Assembly (NCBI GenBank): GCA_038153405.1
Contig: JAYOYH010000008.1
Location: 1-36,665, forward strand
Direction: 5' to 3'
Length of the DNA: 36,665 bases
Source: Gemmatimonadota bacterium
Lineage (GTDB): Bacteria > Latescibacterota > UBA2968 > UBA8231
The position numbers were made by a program, and so were the translations under genes. Of the stretch, positions 18,879-27,856 are shown piece after piece (position 1 is the first letter of the stretch; each line of letters starts with the position of its first letter). The notes under the pieces were generated by a model. That model was not told where the DNA came from. It saw nothing but the letters and a program-made list of their open reading frames with translations, and made no database searches.

Positions 18879-19640
18879 ATGCATATCCTCCTAGTTGGCG
18901 GAGCTGGACACGTTGGCAGCTTTGTAACCCCCTATCTGCGCCGCACCCACCAACTCCGCGTTCTCGACATTAAAAAGCCCCAGCACGATATCGAATACAT
19001 CTGCGGTTCGATCGATGATCCGGCGGTTTTAAAAGAGGCACTCAGCGGCGTCGATGCCTTTATCACCATGGTCATGCAGGGCGGCCAGGACGGCGTCGAG
19101 CGCACGCATACTATCGCCCAAGCGCGGTCCAACTACGCCGTCAACTGCACGGGACTGCACCTACTGCTGCTTACGGCCTTTGAAATGGGTATTCACTGCG
19201 GCGTGCACACCTCGACGATGAGCGTGCACCAGCGCGAGCGCCGCTACTATCCGTCCGAAGAAGACGTGCCGATGGATGGCCCCAATGTATACGGTTTAAC
19301 CAAGCGCTTTGCCGAAGAAATTTGTCGCTACTTCGCCCGCGAATACGACATGAGTTTGGCCGCCCTGCGCATTACTGGACCGCGCACGCGAGCGCAGTTT
19401 ATCGAGCAGTACGCCGATCCGCCGCGACGCCCCTGGGGCACGCCGCTGTACATAACCGACGAGGAAGATCTGGCGCGCGCGTATTTAGCCGCACTCGAAT
19501 ATGTAGCCAAGGGCCACGGACGCTTCGATTCGTTTTTCATTTCCGGCGATGCAGACCATGCCGAAGTCAATATGTCAAAGGCGAGCATGCTGCTGGGATG
19601 GGAACCGCGCGCCCACCGCGAGTTAGGACTAGTCGACTAA
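18879..19640 (+). CDS. NAD-dependent epimerase/dehydrogenase (extended SDR, uronate dehydrogenase-like size)
   Basis: GGAGHVG, TST, YGLTK, LGWEP. Confidence 0.85.
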   Translation: MHILLVGGAGHVGSFVTPYLRRTHQLRVLDIKKPQHDIEYICGSIDDPAVLKEALSGVDAFITMVMQGGQDGVERTHTIAQARSNYAVNCTGLHLLLLTAFEMGIHCGVHTSTMSVHQRERRYYPSEEDVPMDGPNVYGLTKRFAEEICRYFAREYDMSLAALRITGPRTRAQFIEQYADPPRRPWGTPLYITDEEDLARAYLAALEYVAKGHGRFDSFFISGDADHAEVNMSKASMLLGWEPRAHRELGLVD

Positions 19641-19662
19641 GCGCGCTGCGCGCGACATGACC

Positions 19663-19983
19663 CTATTGATCGGCAAAGTCGCCAAAGAGGAAAGCCGTTT
19701 CCAATTCGTCGACGATTGTTTTGCCGTCTTCCCCCGTTATCATCAACGTTGCCATATACGCCTGCCAGCGCGCCATCGCTTCGCCGGCATGACTCTGTTC
19801 CATCGCTTCGCGGCTGGGCGCAGTGGCAAAGAGAAATAGCCGATCTCCATAGTAATGAATCACCATACTGACGCCGTTATCGCGCAGCGCCGTGGCGATT
19901 TCGGGCCACAATTCGTCGTGCGCTTTCTTGTATTCGGCATAGCAATCAGGCTTTAGCGCAAACGTTAGTCCACTCCGGTACAT
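19663..19983 (-). CDS. rhaM: L-rhamnose mutarotase family protein
   Basis: LKP....EYKKAHDELWPE, RWQAYM; start probably ATG 19983 or 19989 behind a G-rich RBS. Confidence 0.82.
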   Translation of the reverse strand: MYRSGLTFALKPDCYAEYKKAHDELWPEIATALRDNGVSMVIHYYGDRLFLFATAPSREAMEQSHAGEAMARWQAYMATLMITGEDGKTIVDELETAFLFGDFADQ

Positions 19984-20040
19984 TCGCATTCCCCCCATGA
20001 TTTATGTTTTCGCACTCGAACTCGCTCGAACCACTGTCAC

Positions 20041-20874
20041 CTACGGGTTCTTATCGGCGGCTGACTCATCGGCCATAAAGCGCGTCTGGCCTTCGACCTG
20101 CCATTCGGCACACGCCGTCCAACCGCCATCGACTACCAGCGAAGTGCCGGTAATCCCCGACGAATCCTCACAGGCAAAGTAGAGGGCGGCCTTGGCTATA
20201 TCGCCCGGCTGCATGGCCGTGCCCATCGGCACGCGCTGCAGGCGCTGCCCTAGAGCGGCTTCGGGATCGCCTGCCGCACTGAGGTGAAAGCGCAGCATGG
20301 GCGTATCAGTAATGCCCGGGCAAATGCAATTACAGCGCAGGCCGAGGGCAGCGTAATCGAGTGCGATGGAGCGCGTTAAACCCAGCGCTGCATGTTTGGA
20401 AGCGGTATAGGCCGGCGTCAGTGCCTGACCGATAAAACTGCTGGCTGAGGCAATATTCACCACATAGGAACGCGCGCGCTGTCTCAGATGCGGGAGCGCG
20501 TATTTCGTCGATAGATAGATCGCCTTTACGTTGACGCCCATCAGCTGGTCCCACTGCGCCTCATCGTACTCGTGCAGCGGCGCTACGTGGACGATGCCAG
20601 CGCAGTTAACGACGATATCCAAACCGCCAAACTGCGCTGCGGTTTCAGCGATAGAATGCTCTACCTGCGCACCATGTCCCACATCACACGAGGACGATAG
20701 CGCGCGCGCACCTGAGGCGACCAAGCGCTCTACAACCGCTGCGGCGCGCTCGTCCTGCACGTCGACTACAGCCACGCAGGCGCCCTCGCGGGCAAAGAGC
20801 TCGGCAATGGCCTCGCCCATGCCCGACGCCGCACCGGAGACCCAGGCGACTTTACCCGCTAACTTTCCGCTCAT
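20041..20874 (-). CDS. Classical SDR oxidoreductase
   Basis: SGAASGMG, NCAG, YTASK, CPG.TDTPM, VDGG. Confidence 0.92.
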   Translation of the reverse strand: MSGKLAGKVAWVSGAASGMGEAIAELFAREGACVAVVDVQDERAAAVVERLVASGARALSSSCDVGHGAQVEHSIAETAAQFGGLDIVVNCAGIVHVAPLHEYDEAQWDQLMGVNVKAIYLSTKYALPHLRQRARSYVVNIASASSFIGQALTPAYTASKHAALGLTRSIALDYAALGLRCNCICPGITDTPMLRFHLSAAGDPEAALGQRLQRVPMGTAMQPGDIAKAALYFACEDSSGITGTSLVVDGGWTACAEWQVEGQTRFMADESAADKNP

Positions 20875-20891
20875 AAGGCCAGTTTTTCCGA

Positions 20892-21623
20892 CTATACCGC
20901 TATCATCGTGCGCATTTTTTCCGCAACCCAGTCGATGGCTACGTCGGCCATGACGCGCCCCTTCTTGGGCGTGGCCAGATCGCGTCCGGCGCGGAAGTAC
21001 TCGGGATCTCTTGGCCGGTAGCTCTCGCTCTGGATATCGAGGTTGGCCGCCTCGTAATCGACGCCCTCCCAGTGGATATTCTCCGGGAACGCAGCCATGG
21101 CAAAGGACGTTTCGAATTCAGCCGCATGCGCCGGACAGTCCTTGGAGTCTAGGACCTCGTCTACGTACTCTTTAGAATAGGCCTCCCAATAGCTGTGGAA
21201 CTGCACGTCGATCCCCAACTTCTCGCTGAAACCGGCCACTTCGTTGCGCAGCGGTCCGTTGCCGGCGTGGCCGTTGCAGATGAGAATGTGCTCAACTCCG
21301 AGGCGCTGCAGCGACTCGCAGATGTCGTAGGCAACGGTAAAAAAAGTCTCCGGACGCAGGCTGAGCGTCCCCTTAAACTCCATCCAGTGCTCGGAAATAC
21401 CCACCGACATCGGCGTGGCTACTACGACCTGCGGATAGAGCTGCAGCGCCGCCTGGTGGGCCACGTAAGCGGCGCTGGCCGTATCGTGCTCCATCGCCAA
21501 GTGCTCGTTGTGTTGCTCGGTGCTTCCCGTCGGCAATATAGCCGCCTTGATCAACCCCTGCTCCAAGCGCTGGCGCACGTGGCGTCGTGTCAACTTCCAC
21601 AAGCGCACTTCCTCTACGATCAT
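20892..21623 (-). CDS. Creatininase-family amidohydrolase (second paralog)
   Basis: ATG 21623 with GGAG/AGGA RBS; GSTEQHNEHL..EHD, NGHAGN, HAAEFETS, AT.KKG. Confidence 0.9.
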   Translation of the reverse strand: MIVEEVRLWKLTRRHVRQRLEQGLIKAAILPTGSTEQHNEHLAMEHDTASAAYVAHQAALQLYPQVVVATPMSVGISEHWMEFKGTLSLRPETFFTVAYDICESLQRLGVEHILICNGHAGNGPLRNEVAGFSEKLGIDVQFHSYWEAYSKEYVDEVLDSKDCPAHAAEFETSFAMAAFPENIHWEGVDYEAANLDIQSESYRPRDPEYFRAGRDLATPKKGRVMADVAIDWVAEKMRTMIAV

Positions 21624-21663
21624 CTTCCTATCTCCCGGTTTAGCAGGGCCCATGCCCCATTTA

Positions 21664-21692
21664 TTGACAACGTTCTGTGCAGGCAGTATCAT
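21664..21692 (+). promoter_or_regulatory. Near-consensus sigma70 promoter for the 708-aa gene
   Basis: TTGACA(21664-69)-N17-TATCAT(21687-92); inverted repeat TGTGCA-N10-TGCACA (21676-21697) overlaps the -10. Confidence 0.7.
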
Positions 21693-21736
21693 GCACAATT
21701 ATTGCTCCAGCCACAACCACCCCATGAGGTTTTTTT

Positions 21737-23863
21737 ATGCCCCCTTCCCAACGCCCACCCAGCGGAATATTCGTCGACTGTCACAGCCATTGGAAGGGCC
21801 GATTTGCCGGCGAGCAGGCGATCTCATTTGCCAAATACCAAGGAGGGATACTCTCCATTGGCACCGATGGTCCCGACCGCCGCAGCGGTCTGCGCGACGC
21901 GGCCCTGCGCCTGGCCTGCAGGGTGCGATTGGTCTGTCGCCAGGAGCGCGAGGCCGACGACTACGAGCAGTCGGTCCTCATTTGCCAAGAGAACGACCCG
22001 GCGCCCAAGTTTCACTTTTTAGAAGAAGGCCCCGTGCGCTTGGGCATGCGCGTGGCCTTTGACCTACTCGACGAGGCGGGTCACTACCACGGCGACGGCC
22101 GCCAAGACGTCTGGCTCTATCCCAACGGCGATCTGCACTGCACGTTCAATATGCAAATCGTCGATCGCGCCGGCCACGGTCCTATTGGCGGTGCCTTTGT
22201 CGAGGTCGTCGATGACGGCCGCTATACGCACCTTCACCTTGGTCCAGAAACGCTGAGCGAATACGGCACTGCCGCCCGCCCGTTTGGTCCTCAGCTCGAA
22301 GAGCGCGCGGTATTTCTCGAGAGCGATTTGGAAGCGGCGGCTCTATTCTGGGCGCGCGACGAGGGCCACGTCTGGAACGTCGGCTCCGATCATGGCCCAC
22401 TGCCGCCATTTTACGCCTCGCGCTGGCCCACCGGCATGCAGCAGTGGGCACGCGGTGGCATGGGTTGGACCTGTAGCTCAGCCTCTGCCGGCGTTGAAGC
22501 CTCCCTGTGGGAAGAAGGCTCGGCCGTGCGCCTGTGCTGGCTACGCGACGGCCGCGTCGAAGCAGAGCGGGAGGGCGAGTGCACTTTTACCGCCTCCCTG
22601 GTTATCGCGCGCGGAGCCGATCTCCAAGCCCTAAAGGGCCGCATTGAGGCCGTGCAAAAACCGCTCACACCCAGCGTTTCAGGTGGCTACCTGCGCTGCT
22701 ATACCGAGGAAGACGGCACCTATGAAATCGGCCAGATCGATCCAACGGCTGTGCAGATAGCCTTTCCGCCCGATGCGCTGGCGCGCGACGTGCGCGTGCG
22801 CTTTTATCGCCGCAAGACCGACCCGCGCCACTGCGGCGGCGTCGTGGCCACTGCCGACGGACAGCGCATCCCCGTGCAGCTAGTATCCGAGGGCGAGCTG
22901 ACCGACGATATCTGCGTGCCCATAGAGATGTCACACCGGCGAGACTCCGTCGACGACGTGCTGGTAGCGGCGCGTCTACACCCCGAGCGCGAGACGGTAC
23001 TGCGCATCGAAAAGGTGCCCGGCATCCAGGCGGTCTACCAAAGCGAAATGGGCGGCGTCGACCTCAAGCGGCGCGCCGGCAACCGCCGCGACGTGGTCGT
23101 CTGGAGCAGCCATAACCGGCAGGCCCCCCTGCTCGAATTCGATCTATTTTCCGGCGCCGTCCACCGCCTGACCCACTACAGTTCAACAGATCCTGTCGTC
23201 TGGGAAATGCCGATGGCTTTTTTTAAGTCGTGCGGTATTTCCAAGCACAACTACTGCAGCGACGTGCGCGCATTCCGCCTCGACGAGGACGGTCCCGACG
23301 CCGTAGCCCTGTATTTCTGCGCCACCAACCCCAGCGGACGCGCCCAATCGGAGACCTGGCTGCGTATCCCCTACGACCATCCGCGTCCCCGCCTTGAGGT
23401 GCGCATGCGCTTTACCGCACTGGAGCAATGGGACGACGACAACGTCGAGTTCTCCGACATCTTCCCCTACCCATCGCGCCTGCCCGAGACCTGGTTTCAC
23501 GACGCGGTGCTCTTCGTCCAGGGCGGCGAAAGTTTTGTAAAGTACAGCTACCGCCCCGATCTGAGCGGCGGCCAGCACGGCGAGGGCCAGCGCCTCTTTT
23601 ACGCGCTCTACCCATCGCAGCGCGGCAACGTCCTCACACTGATCGACAACCCCGACCCCAACCAGAAGATGCACTATTCGGTCTGCGGCAACTACGTCGA
23701 TATCCACGTCAACTTTCATCCACCGCAGGTGCCCGTGCCAGCCGGCACAACCTTTGACGTCCGCTATATCTGCGAAGTATACGGAGACCAACACATCGAC
23801 GTAGACCAGCTAAAACAAATTGGTCTGCGCGCTACGGAAACGGGCGATCTACTCATTGACTAA
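21737..23863 (+). CDS. Large hypothetical protein (708 aa), no signal peptide
   Basis: Long ORF with GAGG RBS and own promoter; no family recognised. Confidence 0.85.
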   Translation: MPPSQRPPSGIFVDCHSHWKGRFAGEQAISFAKYQGGILSIGTDGPDRRSGLRDAALRLACRVRLVCRQEREADDYEQSVLICQENDPAPKFHFLEEGPVRLGMRVAFDLLDEAGHYHGDGRQDVWLYPNGDLHCTFNMQIVDRAGHGPIGGAFVEVVDDGRYTHLHLGPETLSEYGTAARPFGPQLEERAVFLESDLEAAALFWARDEGHVWNVGSDHGPLPPFYASRWPTGMQQWARGGMGWTCSSASAGVEASLWEEGSAVRLCWLRDGRVEAEREGECTFTASLVIARGADLQALKGRIEAVQKPLTPSVSGGYLRCYTEEDGTYEIGQIDPTAVQIAFPPDALARDVRVRFYRRKTDPRHCGGVVATADGQRIPVQLVSEGELTDDICVPIEMSHRRDSVDDVLVAARLHPERETVLRIEKVPGIQAVYQSEMGGVDLKRRAGNRRDVVVWSSHNRQAPLLEFDLFSGAVHRLTHYSSTDPVVWEMPMAFFKSCGISKHNYCSDVRAFRLDEDGPDAVALYFCATNPSGRAQSETWLRIPYDHPRPRLEVRMRFTALEQWDDDNVEFSDIFPYPSRLPETWFHDAVLFVQGGESFVKYSYRPDLSGGQHGEGQRLFYALYPSQRGNVLTLIDNPDPNQKMHYSVCGNYVDIHVNFHPPQVPVPAGTTFDVRYICEVYGDQHIDVDQLKQIGLRATETGDLLID

Positions 23864-23876
23864 GGAGCTTGGCCCT

Positions 23877-24800
23877 ATGCGACTCACGCTACTGTCCCTA
23901 CTTCTCCTTGCCGGGTCGGCCTGGAGCAACGAGAAACCCACCGGCGAATTTTCCGGCTATGCGGGCTGGTGGCTGCGCAATGCCAGCGCCGAGGCCTTTG
24001 TCATCGCCGAGCCCTATCCGCGCGTGATTGCCTTCCGCCTTATCGGCGGTAAAAACCCGCTGCACGTCAGCCACGACTACGAATACTTCGGCATACGCAC
24101 CTGGTTTCTCGAACCGACGCAGAATGCGCACTCGCCGCTTCCTGCCCTGCAACGGGCCAGCGCCGAGACAATGGCCAATGGCGGCCTGCGCCTGCAGGCT
24201 GCCCCCGCCGACAGCGCCGGCCTGCAGTTGTGTATGGAAATCTCACTGCACGAGACAGAACCGATCCTGCACATCCGCCACGGCATGCAGAACCTGCGCG
24301 CAGAGCAGCGGCGCTTGGCCCTGTGGGCTCTCAACGTAATCAAGCCCGACGGCGGCGTGGGCATTGCGCCCTGGCGCAGCGAGGATCGCCAGCACTTTAT
24401 CTTCTGGCCCAATACCGACCCCGACCAGGACGGACTCCACCTGGGCCGCCGAGCATTGGCTGTTGACTACCGCGTGCTGCCGCGCCACGGCTGGCTCAAA
24501 GTCGGCACCGACACCGACCGCGGTTGGGTAGCCTACGTATACGGCGAGCACGCGCTGCGCTCGTCGGTTGCCCACGTGGCCAACGGTCAATACCCCGAAG
24601 GAGGGGGCACGGTCACGATGTTTAATTCGACACCCGAGGTCTTCGACGGCAAAGAGCGCTTTGGCGAGATTGAAAATGTCGGCCCGCTCAGCGATCTGCA
24701 GCCGGGCAACTGGCTGTGGATGGATCAAGAAGTGCAGATCCTTTCCGGTCTTCAGGGCGACGATCCCGAAGCGTGGGTTGACGCACTCGACCGCCCATAG
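23877..24800 (+). CDS. Secreted hypothetical protein, DUF4380-like
   Basis: AAGGAG RBS, ATG 23877; signal peptide MRLTLLSLLLLAGSAWS; PRVI, WAL, KVG...GWVAY, YPEGG, EIENVGP blocks. Confidence 0.7.
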   Translation: MRLTLLSLLLLAGSAWSNEKPTGEFSGYAGWWLRNASAEAFVIAEPYPRVIAFRLIGGKNPLHVSHDYEYFGIRTWFLEPTQNAHSPLPALQRASAETMANGGLRLQAAPADSAGLQLCMEISLHETEPILHIRHGMQNLRAEQRRLALWALNVIKPDGGVGIAPWRSEDRQHFIFWPNTDPDQDGLHLGRRALAVDYRVLPRHGWLKVGTDTDRGWVAYVYGEHALRSSVAHVANGQYPEGGGTVTMFNSTPEVFDGKERFGEIENVGPLSDLQPGNWLWMDQEVQILSGLQGDDPEAWVDALDRP

Positions 24801-24810
24801 ACACGCCCCA

Positions 24811-24854
24811 TGCAAAAAGGGGAGGACCGCCGGCAGGCGACCTCCCCTTTTGCA
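24811..24854. terminator. Bidirectional intrinsic terminator
   Basis: AAAAGGGGAGG-accgcc-GGCA-ggcga-CCTCCCCTTTT between convergent genes, with A/T tracts on both sides. Confidence 0.85.
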
Positions 24855-24881
24855 AAATCCGTTGTGCTCTTCGTTGTTAGC

Positions 24882-26372
24882 TTATGGCCGCACGCCCTCC
24901 AATAGATCCATTTGCGGTTTCTCGCCAATCTGAATAAGCGAACCAGCCACTTCAAAGGGCATGCGCCCGCCGATGCAAAACGTGCACAAGTCCCCCTCTT
25001 CCAGGCCCGCCCGCGCAAAGGCCTTCAGCATACCTGCGCGCGACAAATAGAGCACCGGCATTTCCATCGCCTTGCCAATCTCCTCGATGGTCCGATTGCG
25101 CGCGATAAACTCGTCGCCGGGCGGCGGATCGGGCGGCATGTCGACGCCAAACGTGCAGCCGCGCGGCACCCCATCATCGCCGATAATGCCAATGGGCGGC
25201 GTATAGCTGACCAGATAGGCCTTCTTTACCTGCGCATTCTCGTAGAGCAGGTCGCGCGCGCGCTTGGAGTTGTTGCCGCGCACGATGCTGTCATCGAGTA
25301 ATATAACGGTCTTACCGCGCAGCTTCTCCTTCATACCCGGCAGCAGGTGCAGATTCTGACCTATCGACTCGCGGCGCTCTCCGGCGGTGGAACCCTGAAA
25401 AGAGCGCTCTCCGCGCATCTTGTAAAACACCGGCTCAAAGGGCAATTCGCTCTTCTTGGCAAAGGAGCGGGCGGCCACCTCAGGGCAGCGCGGCAAATAG
25501 GTCACCAAGTCGGCTCCCTGTATATCGTCTTGCAGTTCTGCGCTGAGTTCCTCTCCCAGCGACTCGCGAATGCTGCGCACGCTCACGCCGTTGATAATCG
25601 AGTCGAGATCTGTTATGTAGTTCCACTCAAAAAAACAGTGCGCCTTATCGACATCGAGCAGCTTTTCCTTAGAATAACCGCCCTCGGGTTCAATGTAGTA
25701 AATCGTGCCGGGATCGAGGTCTTCTACGTACTCGCCGCCGTTCTTGCGAAAGGCGATATCCTCAGAGGCCACCCCGTATTTGCCGTCTTTCCAACCCAGC
25801 ACAGCGGGCTTAATGCCGGTGCGGTCGCGCATGACGATGACGTCTTTTTTGCGCTTGTCGGCGATGGCTAGCGTAAAGGCGCCCGGCACTTCCTTTAGGA
25901 AATTAAACTCACCGCGCTCGCGATACAGATAGAGCAATGCCTCGGTATCACAGCTCGAATAGAGGTTTTCTGGGGCCACGTCGCGAAAAAACACGGGGTC
26001 GACCTGACCGTTGTGCACAGCGGCCATATCGCAGTCCCAGATTAAAATGTGGTTATCGCGGTTTTCAATCCGGCCACCAATTACGTGCGGGTGCGCCTCT
26101 TCGAGAATCTTGTCTTTTGATCCGCGCGTAGCGTAGCGCACGTGGGCCAAATAGGTGTGGTAATGGGGGCTGAGAAAAATCTTGTGGAGATCGGTCACGT
26201 CGAAAGTAGAGACGGATCCCTTCCACTTAATGACGTCGATCCGTCCATCGCCAACAGCGGCAATACCGGCCGCTTCGCGACCGCGATGCTGAAGGGAGTG
26301 GATAAATCGATAGGCATCGTGCAGCGTATGCGCCACGCAGAAACCACAATTGTGACGTACGAACTCGGTCAT
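24882..26372 (-). CDS. purF: Divergent amidophosphoribosyltransferase-like protein (Ntn glutaminase + PRT domain)
   Basis: Short leader then CG; LQHRG, HVRYAT, HNG, DTE, ASE, CFFE, DDSIVRG, C.FGVD, CTFC. Confidence 0.75.
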   Translation of the reverse strand: MTEFVRHNCGFCVAHTLHDAYRFIHSLQHRGREAAGIAAVGDGRIDVIKWKGSVSTFDVTDLHKIFLSPHYHTYLAHVRYATRGSKDKILEEAHPHVIGGRIENRDNHILIWDCDMAAVHNGQVDPVFFRDVAPENLYSSCDTEALLYLYRERGEFNFLKEVPGAFTLAIADKRKKDVIVMRDRTGIKPAVLGWKDGKYGVASEDIAFRKNGGEYVEDLDPGTIYYIEPEGGYSKEKLLDVDKAHCFFEWNYITDLDSIINGVSVRSIRESLGEELSAELQDDIQGADLVTYLPRCPEVAARSFAKKSELPFEPVFYKMRGERSFQGSTAGERRESIGQNLHLLPGMKEKLRGKTVILLDDSIVRGNNSKRARDLLYENAQVKKAYLVSYTPPIGIIGDDGVPRGCTFGVDMPPDPPPGDEFIARNRTIEEIGKAMEMPVLYLSRAGMLKAFARAGLEEGDLCTFCIGGRMPFEVAGSLIQIGEKPQMDLLEGVRP

Positions 26373-26437
26373 CTGCTAACTACCTCACCGGAAATACTAG
26401 AAAGGGGACGCGATGTTCGCGCTAACGGTGCGCCGCC

Positions 26438-27856
26438 TCAGCGCGCCGTGTAGTCTGCCTGCAATGGGCACTCCGCTCCATCGCGCGCCAATAGGGCGAT
26501 GTGCGCTATGCCGTGCTGGAGAAAAGACGGGCCCATCTGTGACTCGTACCAGTCTATTCCCGCAGCGCCGCGCGGCAGTACCGCATCAAAATAGCAAGCG
26601 ATCGCGCTTTCGGCCAGAGCCAATCCGCTATCGAGCCAGTTTTTATCGCCGCTGACCGCATAGAGATCGGCCAGCAGACCCAAGCCCAGGCCGGCATCCA
26701 TTGCCGGTACGGCCACGCCATTGGGCAGCGCTTCCCGCGCATAGGCATGCCCGACGGCCGCAGCCCAGTCGAAGAGGCGCCGATCGCCGGTAATGCGATA
26801 ACCGCATAAACAACTCAGCGCGACGTAAGAAGCTGGCCAGACACCGTAGACGCTGCCCCATATGGGCATGGCCTGTGCCACCCCGTTATCGACGCGCTTG
26901 CTGAGAATGACAAATACGCCGGCATCCAAATCGTGCGGGGCGTTAAAAAAGCCGTCGATATAGGCACCGGCGCGCCGGCGCATAGTCGCGGCCAGCGCCG
27001 GGTGGGTTGCGTCTAAGAGCGGGGCGCTTTCCAGCAGGCTAACGGCGAGCGATAGGGTCTGGCCCGGCGCATTGGTATCGTAGAAATGCACATCCTCTAC
27101 CGGCGAGCGACTCTCAATCAGCAACAAATTGCGCTCATCGCGCCGCGGCCACCAATAGTCCACCATGCGTTCGATCTGCTCAATCCAGCACGCATCGCCG
27201 CTGTGCGCGTGGGCAAAAGCCCAGTCGAAAATATAGAATCCCCCGTGCCGGGGAAAATCGCAGGAGCGCGTTCCCCGTCCGTGCCGTCGCACATCTTCGA
27301 TAGGAGCGTGGCGTATGTACTCCCACCCCCTGCCTTCCGTCCAGTGGCCGTCTAAGCCACGAGCGAATGTCTGCACGCAGCGCGGATTGAAGTCTTGGAG
27401 CTTTTCCCACAGCCACAGCGGCGCCTGGCGCAGGTGATCGTGGATAGCTCCGCTCCCGTCGCCGGGATTGCGCAGGAACCGGCTGTTTCCTATGCGATCG
27501 CGCGCTAAGTCCCAGAAGGCGTGTTCCCCCCATGGGAAGAGGCCCGAAGGCGTGTCGGTGCAGTGAGTGGCAAAGCGCTTAAGGTAGCGATCAGCCGCCG
27601 CGACATAGTGCGGCCTGTCGAGCGCATCGGCCAGCGCATAGAGCGTTTTGAGCGCCGCCTCGTCGTGGATGAGATTGGAGCCCCCGTAGGCGCGGTCGCC
27701 GTCGCGCTGGCCGGGTATGGCCGGAGGCATTGCTCCTAGCGGGCGCGCTGAAAACCGATTGAGCACGGAGGGAAAGAGGCCTCCGTGCTCGTCGGCACGT
27801 TCGATCAGCGCATCAAAGGACGCACATACTTTTTCCAGCAGGGCCTCGGCCCGCAT
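26438..27856 (-). CDS. Hypothetical protein, possibly an (alpha/alpha)-barrel enzyme
   Basis: 472-aa helical-looking ORF; SGLFPWGEH, DFPRHGGF, YRITGD..L..A blocks; start abuts the fbaA stop. Confidence 0.75.
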   Translation of the reverse strand: MRAEALLEKVCASFDALIERADEHGGLFPSVLNRFSARPLGAMPPAIPGQRDGDRAYGGSNLIHDEAALKTLYALADALDRPHYVAAADRYLKRFATHCTDTPSGLFPWGEHAFWDLARDRIGNSRFLRNPGDGSGAIHDHLRQAPLWLWEKLQDFNPRCVQTFARGLDGHWTEGRGWEYIRHAPIEDVRRHGRGTRSCDFPRHGGFYIFDWAFAHAHSGDACWIEQIERMVDYWWPRRDERNLLLIESRSPVEDVHFYDTNAPGQTLSLAVSLLESAPLLDATHPALAATMRRRAGAYIDGFFNAPHDLDAGVFVILSKRVDNGVAQAMPIWGSVYGVWPASYVALSCLCGYRITGDRRLFDWAAAVGHAYAREALPNGVAVPAMDAGLGLGLLADLYAVSGDKNWLDSGLALAESAIACYFDAVLPRGAAGIDWYESQMGPSFLQHGIAHIALLARDGAECPLQADYTAR

